From positions 115,074,001 to 115,138,000 of the forward strand of contig NC_045696.1 of assembly GCF_009834535.1 (NCBI RefSeq): DNA of 64,000 bases, given 5' to 3'. The stretch comes from Camelus ferus. Its lineage: Eukaryota. Shown piece after piece: positions 37,998 through 49,880 of this stretch. The notes under the pieces are model-generated. The model saw only the letters and a list, made by a program, of their open reading frames with translations. It was not told the DNA's origin and did not search any database. The number at the start of each line of letters is the position of its first letter. Within the stretch, counting starts at the first letter, position 1. The position numbers and the translations under genes were made by a program.

Positions 37998-39964
37998 AAC
38001 AGAGGGTACAAAGTGCTCTTCTGACCAAAGAAAAAAAAACCACGTCTTTGTCACTGAATATTAAAGACAGGAGGGCCAGCAGAGTTTACCTGGCCCATGG
38101 CCGCATTCTGCAGATCCGGAAGTTTAAGGCCCAGAGGAACTAATTTCAAACAGTACAACTTACAGAGGAAAGAAGCTTAAATTTTGGAGTGCCTGTCTTT
38201 TGCTGATCAAGTATCTTTTGCAGAAAAAGCCAAAAGACATAGGAAAATGACTGCAGCCAGGCCCAATATATACAGACTGTGAGTTGTTGACACTTCAACT
38301 TTCTAAACTTTGCTTTAGTTTTCATTCAGATGCATCATATTAGAAACCAAAAAATAAGGAAAACCGTTTGAGTTGCTAATGTTTTGTAAAATATCCCCTG
38401 GGAACACTGCAAACGCTGGCAGAGTTTCCGTCCTCAAAGCAGGATGGGAAATTGAAGGAGCCAGATTGCTTCCTTGGAAAAGGTAGCTTCTCTTCAAACT
38501 CTCATCTAAAAACCCTACGTTTAAGGGGCCAATTATCTGTAGGGCAGACATTCCTGCACTACCTCCCACCTTGGTTGCTGCTTCTCCCGGGTAAGTGTTG
38601 TCAGCTCTCCTGTCCATTTCATGGCCAGTGCACACCCGTGCCTGTTTCTTAATTTGAGCCACTGAAGGAGTGTTCGTTTACTGTTAAAAAGGGGCCCGTG
38701 TGAGATTAAAATAATGCACTGAGTTGGAAGCAAAGCAATTACTCTACCTCATCATGTGGCAGAAAAGACATTAAAAAAAAGACCAAAATCGTGTTCCTTT
38801 TACATACCTACGAAAAGGAAGGAAAACATGCAATAAAGCTGATAAATTCTGTGTTGACCTTTAGAAAGGCATTTACTTCCCATGAAAAGTACTTGCGATT
38901 TTTCGAGCTCTAACCTCTGATAACTTGAGAATGAAGTTGCTTGTTATTCTGAAAGAGTGCCTGGCTCCAGCACCCATGCTTCTGTGAACATCTTCGTCCT
39001 GGTTTATAACGTTTTGTTTCATCTTGTTTCCGTAGCCCTTGTTTTAACATATCTGTCAACGTGGGAAGCTGAAAGAAAAATAAATAAATAAATAGGCTTA
39101 AAGGACAAGTTAAAAAATGAATCCCCCCACCCACCCCTACTCATCCAAGCTATCAGAATTTCACATTCTGTAATTTACAATCTTTACAAAGGGAAAAAAA
39201 GTTAATTTCAATAGAAGGGAAATTCTTTATGAAACTCTGAGCAGATGTCTAATTCACAAATTGGAGAGAGAAAAGTCAAGCTTAAAAAGGACCTTGTCTG
39301 CCAAGGTTTAAATAGGAACTCGTGCTTCCACAGCAAGAACTTTCCTTGAGGAAAATCTACCATATGCTTTGCGTGAAGTCCATCTGCAAATACAACGCCC
39401 AGATGCTCACCCTCCCCTTCCAGAAAAGCTGCACTCTGGGTGAACATCTTCTGCACCTTACAGAACTGATAAAGGGATGACAATTTCTCTTCCTTTTTTT
39501 TAAGGATATTTTTTCGTTTTAAAAGGGATAGAAATATAACTGTGGAAAAATGGAGAACTTCAAACAAACAAAAAAAACCTGTGAAGTAGAAACCGCATTC
39601 ACTCCAAATCTCATAACCAACAGATAACTCTGTTAGTTTTACAGAAATACGATCATAATTCCTTTTCCCCTTTGTATACATTGGTGGATTGTTCCATTCT
39701 TCTTCAAAACCGCCTATTTGAATGGCAGTATAAGGACTGGCATTTTATTTATCTTTATGAACCACTCTTTTATTGAAAATTAACCATATATGCCTATGGT
39801 TAAAAAAAAATCAGAGTATTAAAGAGTTCTGAATGAAAACACGAATCTTCCCCCTGGGATGTCTTCCTGGGGGGCCGACACTTTGAGCCGTATAATAAGC
39901 ATTCTCCCCAAATTCGTTTGTGTACCTGATACAGGAAAATGAATGTGGGGCAAGAAGAAGGCTG

Positions 39965-40471
39965 TGTCCCAGATCTCTGCTGAGTTCCTGGGACGCACCC
40001 CGCCAAGTGTAGGTCCTCGGCTTTGCGCAGGAAAGAATTCAAGAGCGAGCCACAGCTGAGTAAAGGTAGATTTATTCAGAGAGATACATACTTCTTAGAC
40101 AGCATGCAGGCTGTTTCAAAAGACAAGAGAAAAGCCACAAGGTGTAGGGGTTGTTAGCTCTTATGGGCTCGGTGACTTCATACGCTAGCAAGTGGGAAGA
40201 TTATTCTAACTACTTTGGGGAAGGGGCTGGGGTTCCCAGGAACTGGGCCACCACACACTCCTTGACCTTTTACGGTCAGCATTGGAACTGTCATGGCACC
40301 TGTGGGAGTGCCATTTACCATGCTAATGTATTTCAATGAGCGTATAATGAAACTCAAGGTCTACTGGAAGTCAGATCTCCTGCCATCTTGGACCTCAAGG
40401 CCTACGGGGAGTTGAGTCTTCCACCATCTCAGTGTTAATGGCTGTGCTCTGCCCCCTTCTTCCTTGTCTCA
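39965..40471 (-). mobile_element. ERV1 solo LTR, MER41-like (second copy)
   Basis: Collinear with 1263-1878, with the same termini tgtccc...gtctca. Confidence 0.8.
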
Positions 40472-41079
40472 TGCCCACAAGCATAAATACCTGTGTGTCT
40501 ACAAAAGGAATCACAGGATACCTGCTGCTCTCTACATCATGATCCTTTTCACTCAGTATTTACTGGAGATCTTTTCATATGGATCCATCTCAGTCTAGTA
40601 ACAGCTTCAAAATGTTTCATTTTTAAGGTCTGACTGTACTGAACCCATTTCTCATTGAAGAGCTTTGTGTCCCTTTACCCCATCCTCTGACCCTACTCTG
40701 ACAACACTGACAAATTGAAAGAAGCCAAGAAGTCATATACATGAAGGTCATAGAACATTCATTGATTATGTCCAAAACCTGTGACAGTTGTTAAGTGATA
40801 AATTAAATAAAAATGCAATAATCCTGCTAAATACTGTTAAGCATGTTGTTTAGTATTGAATTTCCTGGTTTGCATTTTTCATTGATTTTGAATTTTCTAA
40901 AGATAGGCAAGTAAGGCTGTTTCCTGACTTTGTAAATCAGTGGTTCCTACCTTTATTCTTCAGTAATGCAGTTAAAAGGCATCTATTAACGTTTTTCTAA
41001 AAATTATTATTAATGTATACATTTAATGAGTAAACATGTGCCCATAGTTTAAAGTCTAATAGGGCTTTAAGATTTAGAG

Positions 41080-43480
41080 CAGAAAACAGCATTCTGTCCT
41101 AATGTTCCTCACTCCCAAATTCTGCTCTCCAGAACCTACCATGTTCAGTTCTCCTTTGTATCTCTTCTGTTTGTTTCTTTTTTTTAAGCAAGAACAGGAG
41201 GTTATTGTTTTGAGTTGATTTACAATTTTAGACAATGTGAGTTGAATTTTTAAAATGGAATATGTGTGGAACATCCACCCTCTTCCCTCCTCCATGATAA
41301 TTCTATTATAGATTTGATTAAATTAGTATTTTTGTGTTTTCTTTATTATGCCTGTAGACATATCCTCTTGGTGAAGCCAAATAATGGACTTTTAATTATG
41401 TTTACTTTATTGTATAATTTCTTTTTGTTTTTCTTGGAGTCGAACATAGTTTTAATATTTTCCCTTGCTTAGGGCTTTAGGGAGACCATGCTTTTTCCCA
41501 CGCCCTTCAATTGCACGTGGCCCAGCCTGTCGGATTCTCTATCTGATCCGTTCTTCTTTCATTCCTCCTTCCTGATGCCCTCTGACTTCCTGCCCTCATC
41601 TAGGCCAGCAGCCCTCTGATTAGGCCTCTGTGTGGCTGTTTTATTACAACACTCCATCGGTCATCACCTTGGAAATTTCCAAACTTCTACCAGGTGTTGG
41701 GTGCCCTGACTCCTATTTCCTGGATTCCATGCTTTGTCTAGCATGATTAGTGCCTCCTTAGGAAGAAGCATCTGCTGCAGTGGACAGAAAGAGCAGAGAA
41801 GAGGCAGTTCTTTGGAAAACTTAGTGTTTTAAAAATGTTCTTACTCTATCACACTTATGTGATGTGTTTTTAAGGAAGATCCTGTTTCCTTCCTTTTTTA
41901 AAAAAATTAAGTTGGGTTCTTTCTCTCTTGATACATATTCTTCTATTCAGTTATATATACATATACCTAATTTATATATAAATATATATAAATATATAAA
42001 TAATATATATATTGTTTACTTCTAGATCTCCTGTTAGGCAGATATCAAATTGTGCAGATTGATTCTCTAATTTTGTTGTCATTTCTTTGTCACTTTCCAT
42101 GTAATAGTCTTTTTACTTCTGTTCTTCAGAAGATATTCTTAACTTCACCTTCTAATGTTTCTATTGACCACGTGCTCACTCCTATCACAACTTTAATTTC
42201 CTAGAGCTCTTCTCATCGGCTTGCTCCTTCAAAGCATCCTCTTTCTTGTTCTTCTTGTCTTAGTGGTGTAATATTCACATCTACTTCTCTCAAGGTTATT
42301 AACTATTGTTTTCTTTTCTTTTCTTTTCTTTTCTTTTTTAAAAATATCCCTTCTTCCCCTGGTCTTGTCTCTCTTGAATTTATCCTCGGTGTCCTGGTTG
42401 CTGCTGTTCATGATGGAAATGTGAAATTTTCATTTTCTGCTCAAATATGTGGTGATCTTTCTGCTCGTTCATATTTAAGAACGAGGTGTTAAAAAGTTGA
42501 TGACGGAACTGGTGGGCTGGTGACCTTCACTGGGGTGATCGGTGGAAAGCTGGCTTTTTCTTGGCAGCTTCCAAAGTGTCAGCATCTAAATGGTATTTTT
42601 CTGGGATCTTCCTGTTTCTCCCAAGAAGCAGCTTCTAATGCCTCACAGGGCAGGGGAGGTGGGGCAGGTGCCGTGCTGGACGCTGGTGTCTGGATGAGAC
42701 AAACAGGAACAAGAGGCCTTGAAGGGGGCTTGTTCCATTTAGTTTTCAGACTTTCACTAAATACTTCTGTTTTTTTTTTCTTCTTTCTAAAAACATTTTC
42801 TCTATTTACTTTTTTTTAAATTCTTGTTTTTTATTGAAGCGTGGTCAGTTTACAATGTTAGTTTCAGGTGCACAGCAAAGCAATGCAGTTATACATATAC
42901 ATACATATGTATATATACACAGATACATATTTTCAGACTCTTTTCCATTATAGCCCATTACAAGAAATTGACTATAGTCCCCAGTGCTCTGCAGTAGGTC
43001 CTTGTTGTTTATCTATTTTATGTACAGTAGTGTGTACATTTTAACCCCTCCCCCCAAATTAACAAATACTTCTGTTTTTACTTTAGCATTTCCCTTGCTC
43101 CCTCTCTGTGTCTCATGTCCCCACATAGTGATTCTTTGAAGTCTCCTTTCTTCTGCACAAGTTAGAGGAGACATGGTCTCTGATTGTAACCTCACCTTCA
43201 GAGGAACCTCACAGCTCCAATTTCCCAGCCCTTCAAGGATTCTGGAAGCTCAACCAATTGATCTGTCATCAGTATCTCCTGTGGATACTTCGTTTCAGCC
43301 TCCACGACTCTCCTGGATCATGTACTTTTCCTCCATTCTCTCTGTGTCTTCCAGACACGACTTGACATCATTTATATACTGTTGATTCCTCTTGTATTTC
43401 TTTGCCCTCCTGCATTTATATTTTTTTTCCTTGCTGTCATTTAAGTGTGGCTTCTGGCAAGAATGAAGATAAACACATGT
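41080..43480 (-). mobile_element. Very old L1/HAL1-like decayed region
   Basis: T-rich decayed L1-like text such as ttctgctcaaatatgtggtgatcttt...ttcatatttaaga. Boundaries uncertain. Confidence 0.35.
42775..43063 (-). mobile_element. 5'-truncated young L1 3' tail
   Basis: ttattgaagcgtggtcagtttacaatgttagtttcaggtgcacagc. 16-bp TSD aaatacttctgttttt at 42759-42774 and 43064-43079. Confidence 0.88.
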
Positions 43481-44490
43481 GTCCAATCCGCTGTGTTTTG
43501 TTATAAGGTTTAAATAAATGTAAAATGTTCTTTTTCTTTTATTTCAGTAGCCTAAGTCCTAAAATCACATAATGGGCTACTTCACATGGGCTCAGGAAAA
43601 TATATTTGGAGATTTAGCTGGGGAATTTGTTTCTGGTTTCAAAGATAAGGTTCATTTATACAGGGGGAAAAAATTCTGTTCATTTCATGCATTAGCATAT
43701 GTCCACAGACTTGGCAAAGCTTAATGCTAAAAAAATTACTTCGATGCCACTTGGCTTTATGAATTACCAAACAGAAAATTATAAATGGTCTTATTATTCT
43801 GTCACCACTGAGGCTGTACCGTTCCAGATCACAGTTTTTGCACAATGGGAGGTATTTGAAAGTTGTTTTTCCTCACTGATGGCCCAGCATAGATTGATTC
43901 AGAGATAATGTACTGAAGATGTGTGGTTTCAGGGCACTGGGAATGTGAGCAAAATCTCTGATTAAAGCCTTTTGAATAATTCTTGCTGGAGGCACTATAG
44001 CCCATTTACTGTGAATTGTATATATTTAAAATCTGAAATATGCCAAAGCAAACAATGAAGATTAAAAAAAAAAAAAAACTGACTTCCCTAGAGAAGTACT
44101 GTGTTCTCAAGCCGTGCTTGGACTTACATTGTCAAAAACATCTCTGGTCAGACTATTAGCTGGTACACCGTGCTCTGGACAGGATGCCCGGTCCTTTCCT
44201 TGCACAGTCAGCAGGGCCAACATGGAGCAGCTTGTAAAGTTCTGTATGAGGGAGCCTGGAAAAGGAAAGTCAGAACGAGCTGAGTTTGAGTCCACTTCTC
44301 CCACGCAGGCTTGTGATGGTGAGCAGATTAGGAAAGTCTTCATTAGAATCATAAAGGCATCCACGTCGCAAGAAGGATTTTATGGAAGTAGAATGAAGTC
44401 ACAGTCCCCTGTGTGTGTATGTGTGTGTGAATTCACATAGTACATAAAGTAGACTTTGGAATTTCTTATAGCTTCCGTTAATCTGAAATC

Positions 44491-44515
44491 TCTCTCTCTC
44501 TCTCTCTCTGTGTGT

Positions 44516-44560
<45 letters not shown>

Positions 44561-44658
44561 TATTAGTATATTAGTATATATATGTACATATATATACATA
44601 TATACATATATATATACACACACATATATATATATATACACTATATATATATATATTA
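44491..44658. repeat. Compound microsatellite (TC)n(TG)n(TA)n(CA)n
   Basis: Seen directly. Confidence 0.95.
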
Positions 44659-44660
44659 GA

Positions 44661-44790
44661 GGTTTTTTTTTGTGGGGGGAGGTAATTAGGTTTATTTGTA
44701 TATTTATTTATAAAGGAGGTACTGGGGATTGAACCCAGCACCTTGTGCGTGCTAAGCACGCACTCTATCACTTGGGCAATACCCTCCCTC
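44661..44790 (-). mobile_element. tRNA-derived SINE (camelid Vic-1-like)
   Basis: Minus strand gagggagggtattgcccaagtgatagagtgcgtgcttagc...ctgggttcaatccccagtacctcc, then taaacctaattacctcccc and an A tail. Confidence 0.9.
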
Positions 44791-45551
44791 TGAAATCTAT
44801 ATATTAAATAACCTTTTCAGCCATGTAGAATAGAGATGCTGTCACCTTAGAAACTCCCAGTGCTAACAAAATAGTTAATGTGATTACCCTGGTCTTTTGA
44901 AATGTGACACCCAGAGATAGATCTTTCGGGAAGTAAATAAGTAGCCCACACTGAGCCTTGGCCAGGAAGAGACATTTCCATCTGTAAGAACACCCATCCA
45001 ACAGCTGATTATAGTTTCCTTTGAAATATATGGATTTTGAAGCCACAATAACATTCTTCCTCTCTCTAGGCTGACTTTTAAAGTTTTATTCTTGGCAGAA
45101 TTTGCTCCCAATAACTCAGTCCTAATAGCCATAGTGCACGAAATGACAAACTTCTTCCAGGCGAACTGATAAGCACGTGGGGGAGAGGACCTGGCTGCTG
45201 CGGAATTAGTCTGGCAACGCTGATAACACGATGCTGCCGCCTCTGAGGTCTGATAGAATACAAGGGGAAGAGAAGAAAAATAACTGCCCCGACTTTCTCT
45301 CTGGAAGGCTTGCGTCCACACTGTATTTTTAGTTCTGTCAGGGAAAGTGGGTGTCGATCGGGATATTTTAGGAAAGGCTTAACTTTCCCCAGCTCTATGG
45401 TAAACTTTTTAATGTTTCTTTTTCAAATAGAGATCCCCACACTCCTAAGGGAAAAGACCAGCTGGCTTTGTCTGGGGAGGCTATTTTATTTATTTTTTTT
45501 TATTTTTGTGAAGAGCACCTTTGCGCTGGTGCCTTTGCCCTCCTGTCACAG

Positions 45552-45578
45552 GGAGCCTCTCGCCTGCCAGAAGTCCAG
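45552..45578 (+). other. Candidate 27-nt microexon (host gene unknown)
   Basis: Acceptor ctttgccctcctgtcacag, donor CAG|GTAAGG, length divisible by 3, no stop in any frame. Confidence 0.3.
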
Positions 45579-46454
45579 GTAAGGAGCCTCGTTGTAGGAA
45601 ACAGGGCTGGAGAAATTGCTGGTCCAGAATGAAGGGACAGACTTTCCAGGTGCTCAGTGCTTGTATGTTACACTGTGCAGTTACAGTGTCTGAGATGCTT
45701 GCAGATGCTTTTTCAGATTCTCCGTGCTCTAGATGGACAGTCTGCACACAGTTAAGCCTCTCTGGAAACACTGTAGCCAAATGGTGATGTGTCGCAACAT
45801 CTAAGTGTCTTCCTAGTAGAAGGTGCTTTTCCCTTCTGCTGGGAAGATTTTAAGGGACCAACTCTTTGCAGGCTTATCTCTCTCCACTGCTCCGATGGAA
45901 TGTTTAAGGCTCTCTGGGAGAGCTTAATTTTGGATATAATTTAATGAAAGCCCTGATCAAACGAAACCCTTTGAGTATAAAGCTTTGCCTGAGTTAATGG
46001 CTTTTTCATTACCTATCCAGTGCCTTCATGGGTTGGATTATTTCCAATATCCAGCTATTTACAACACCAGAAAACTGCAAGACATGAAGATTCCTCAGAA
46101 TAGGTTTTTCAATGAAATATGGTCTTCTTCTCCTATGATAATCATGAAATATTGAGCTAACGATCAGGAAGAAGAGGGATCAGTTACTAAGCAGGAAGAT
46201 CAAGCAGAACAGCAAAGCTAAGAGGGGGAATGCGGTGGAGGAATGAATATTTTAGTTAAGTCATGCTTCTCCGAGTCTGAATGCAATTAGAACCACATGA
46301 CAGATTTTCAGGTAGGTAGACCTAATTATCCAGGATGTGAAGTTAAGTCAGGATCCTGTTCCATTTTCCCTCTGATCCTGTGTTCAAACACACCTCAACC
46401 TACATAGTCATGATTTCAGTGAATTTTATCCTCCTCCCCCCAAGAGCAAGGTGG

Positions 46455-46810
46455 GGAACTAACATTTATCAAATACTTACTGTATGATATATGTAATAGA
46501 CCATGCTTTTTAAAAGTGTTATCTTCTTTCATTTTCCAACAATCCTCAGAAGAGTAGAGTTGTGACAGCCATGTTTTATTTATAAGGAAATAACTTCAGA
46601 GAGGTTAATTAATCTGCTCAGAGTCACACCTACAGCAAATCTAAAGGTAACGACAGGTTCAAGAGGAAGTACAAAATAAATTGATGGTCTGCTCATAGCA
46701 GGAAAATTATAACGGTCAGAGTCCAGATGAATAGGTCCCGAATTCCACAACTGGTGACCTTGAACAAGTCTCGGTCTCTCCAAGCCTCAATTTCCTCACT
46801 TATAAAAAAA
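46455..46810. mobile_element. Two MIR fragments in opposite orientation
   Basis: aacttcagagaggttaattaatctgctcagagtcacac (minus) and gtgaccttgaacaagtc...gcctcaatttcctcacttataaaa (plus). Confidence 0.6.
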
Positions 46811-49436
46811 AAAATGTATGTAAATTCTCTGATGCCTAAATTCCCTCCAGGCGACAGCTGATTTCTCTCAGGTCCAAGGTGAAGACTTCATATTGTGTTG
46901 ACGTCCCAGGAAGACCAGTGTTCCCATGATGCCCTGCACCGGGCAGGCCCCTCCGTCTTGCCCAGACACTGAGCACAGACAGGCACACAGCCGAGGCTCT
47001 TAGAGGAGGAGCTATTGACCTCCAGGAAAGCAGGACAGTGTCTTCTCTGACTGAGTTATGTTTCAGTTTTTGATCCAAGTCATGAAATGAGTCCCTTTTT
47101 GTCAAAGAGAAGGACGGAGCGTGCAGGAAAAACGGTGCCGCTGGGTGGAGGTGAGAGAGTGAGGTGCCTGTTGTATACATAGAGGCAACTTTCATCAGTT
47201 TGAAGAGTGATGAAAATTGCTGCTTGTTCCATTCCCATTTGACCCTTTCAGCTCTCATTTTATTGCTAAAGTTTTTTTTTTTTTCTTCTTTTTCTTTTTT
47301 TTTTCCTGGGTCAAATGCCATTGATGGGGACATTTATTAGATTCATCTTATCTTGTGAGCTGGAGGTCTACTTGTAAGAAATTTTCTCTGTCAGTCTGGA
47401 TAAGGGGGCCGGGGACTCTAAAACCCACACTGCTTAGATTTTGTGATCTTTGATCTTACGAGTTTAGGAGCCATAGTAATAGCAAGACTTAAGTGTTTGT
47501 TCAAGGTGTCTGGCTTATGTTGTCAAGAACAGCAAGGAATCCTTAGTCATTCTCTGGCCTGAATTTATATGAGGTATTATTAGAGCTGAGACCCATGAAA
47601 CACTTGTCCCAAATCACTTGTAAAGGAACCATTATTCCAAAGGTTTCCATAAAGAATTACTAATTTTCTCAAAATCTTTTATATCTCATGGACACTCAAG
47701 ACCTTGACAGTCCTTGGCACAGACTTTGATGCATTTTATATTTGTTGTTCATGGTTTGCTTCCAGATGAAGTCTAGAGGGAATTGAAATAAATCAGGAAT
47801 TTGTGGCATGTTTTAGGCACTGTCTCCATTTTAGCTGTGGAGAGGCTGCCCAGCCTATTTAGGCAAGAAAGTGTTAGATTTCCACCCCTCATTCCATCTG
47901 ACAATATTTTCTCTGAAAATGCACAGTTATTTTATTTTCTTCTCTTGCTGCAGCCCATTCTTTTCCCTCTTCTTTATCTTTCAAAGAAAGCAGTAACCAC
48001 CCTATGTCTAGACTTCATATGTATCTTGTCTCTTTCATTTTCTGAAAGATTTGTAATCGCCAACATTACCTCTCTCTTCTGAGTTACCTCTCTGTTATGA
48101 TCTCCTAACTTCTCCATCCAACTTGGGGGAATCCGTTAAAATCATTGCCTCAAAGTTTCTCAAGTATGGCAGATCCAAAACTGACTGCTTTAAACCTTCA
48201 TGTCTTAAGTAATTGTTGTGACCACTTTGGAAATACACAACAAGCAGTCACGCTGGATGGATCTCCCAGGAAGTCCTGGGCTTTGGGGTTATTGTTAATA
48301 TCTGAATATTCTTATTAGTCACCTGATGGAAGAAGTTCCAAAAAATGATTCCTCAAGTGAAAGTTGGAGAAAAGGCGGGTTTATTTGAGGGCAATGCAGT
48401 AGCTCCCTGGAGGTCCTGTGGGTTACTCTACTAAGATGTTAGGGTGACAGGAGAGGGGGACACCCTCCTTACCGCTGCCCAGTAGACTTCATTCTGTATT
48501 TGAAGGTAACTGTGTCTCCAGAGCACTTCCCTGTGTCCCTAATACATCTTAAATATTCAGAGAGAAAGAAAAAGTAAATGCTCAGCAAATTCATTCTTAA
48601 AAATTGTAAAAAGAGAACATAATCATATTTTTCAATTAATAGTGTAATAAATGGTATAAATGTATATTACATCCACATATTTAAACAAATAGTGAGATGG
48701 AAAAATACACAGTCTGAGTCATAGAAACAAAAGCAGGTGAGAGGGAGAGGGACACGAGAGAGGACAGCTCAGTGAACTGTGACGTGAGTCCCCTGTCGAT
48801 GTCACAGTGGTGGTGTGCACACATCTAATACTCTCTGGCCATGATCACTCCACTAAGCCATTACTGTCCCTTGAGATGAGTGAATTTGTCTCATCGGATT
48901 TTTAGGAAGATTCCAACAGTTACTAGAAGTCACGTGTCTAAAGTCACGCCTGACTTTGGTGAGTACTGTGTGGTTTCTGTTATCAGTGATGTTCTCGGCA
49001 CTCCAGAAGCGTTTATCTCCTGTGCAGAGAATTGTGTGTGTTTCTGTGTGCACGTGTGCTGTTCACGGAGACGCGAAATAAATCCCTTTCACGTGACACG
49101 ACAGATAACCCCGTCCTTCTTTCCTTTTCTCGGTTAGCAAGGCAGCCTTGTAAGACAATGCCTGGAAATCAGCCGTGGAATCAGGGTTCCTTCTGAGTGT
49201 GTTTTGTCAAAAAATGTACATTTAATTTTTGGACTACGTCTAAGGAAATATTTTGTGAGGACAGAAAAAGAATAAAATATTATTTTGAGTCACTGAGATA
49301 GTAGATCCTTGTACTTTCTAACAGAATACAGAATCTGCTCAGTCTGAGGCCATGCTCAAAACCAACACAAACATGTCTGGATAGCTAAGACCCTGCAGTT
49401 CTAAATGGATCTGTGTTTCACATTCTACCTACCCCC

Positions 49437-49880
49437 TTTTTTTGTTTTTAATTGAAGTATAGTTGATTTACAATGTTGCATTAGTTTCAGGTGTACAGCA
49501 TAGTGATTCAGTTATACATATGGATAGATTATTTTTCAGATTCTTTCTCATCATAGGTTATTAAAAGAAACTGAACATAGTTCCCTGTGTCCTACAGTAG
49601 GTCCTTATTTCATATCTATTTTGTGTATAATAGTGTGTATCTGCAAATCCTGAACTCCCGATTTATCCCTCTCTCCCTTCCGCCTTGTTAACCATGAGTT
49701 TGTTTTCCATGTCTGTGAGTCTGTTTCTATTTTGCCAATAAGTTCATTTGTGCCTTTTTCTTTTTTAGATCCCATCTGTAAGTGATATCATATGATATTT
49801 GTCTTTCTCTGACTTTGTTCACTTACTACGATCATCTCTAGGTCCATCCATTGTTGCTGCAAATGGCGTTATTTCATTCT
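49437..49880 (-). mobile_element. 5'-truncated young L1 3' UTR
   Basis: ttaattgaagtatagttgatttacaatgttg...ggtccatccattgttgctgcaaatggc. Confidence 0.9.

Noticed and set aside
37688..38011. Protein-coding gene (also ORFs 11272-11457 and 16358-16693)
   Set aside because: These are fragments of L1 ORF2 in truncated elements.
1263..40471. The two MER41-like LTRs as the ends of one provirus
   Set aside because: They are 38 kb apart, differ in structure, have no gag/pol/env between them and share no TSD.
44399..44771. Tyr/Ile-rich ORFs
   Set aside because: They are translations of the microsatellite and the SINE.
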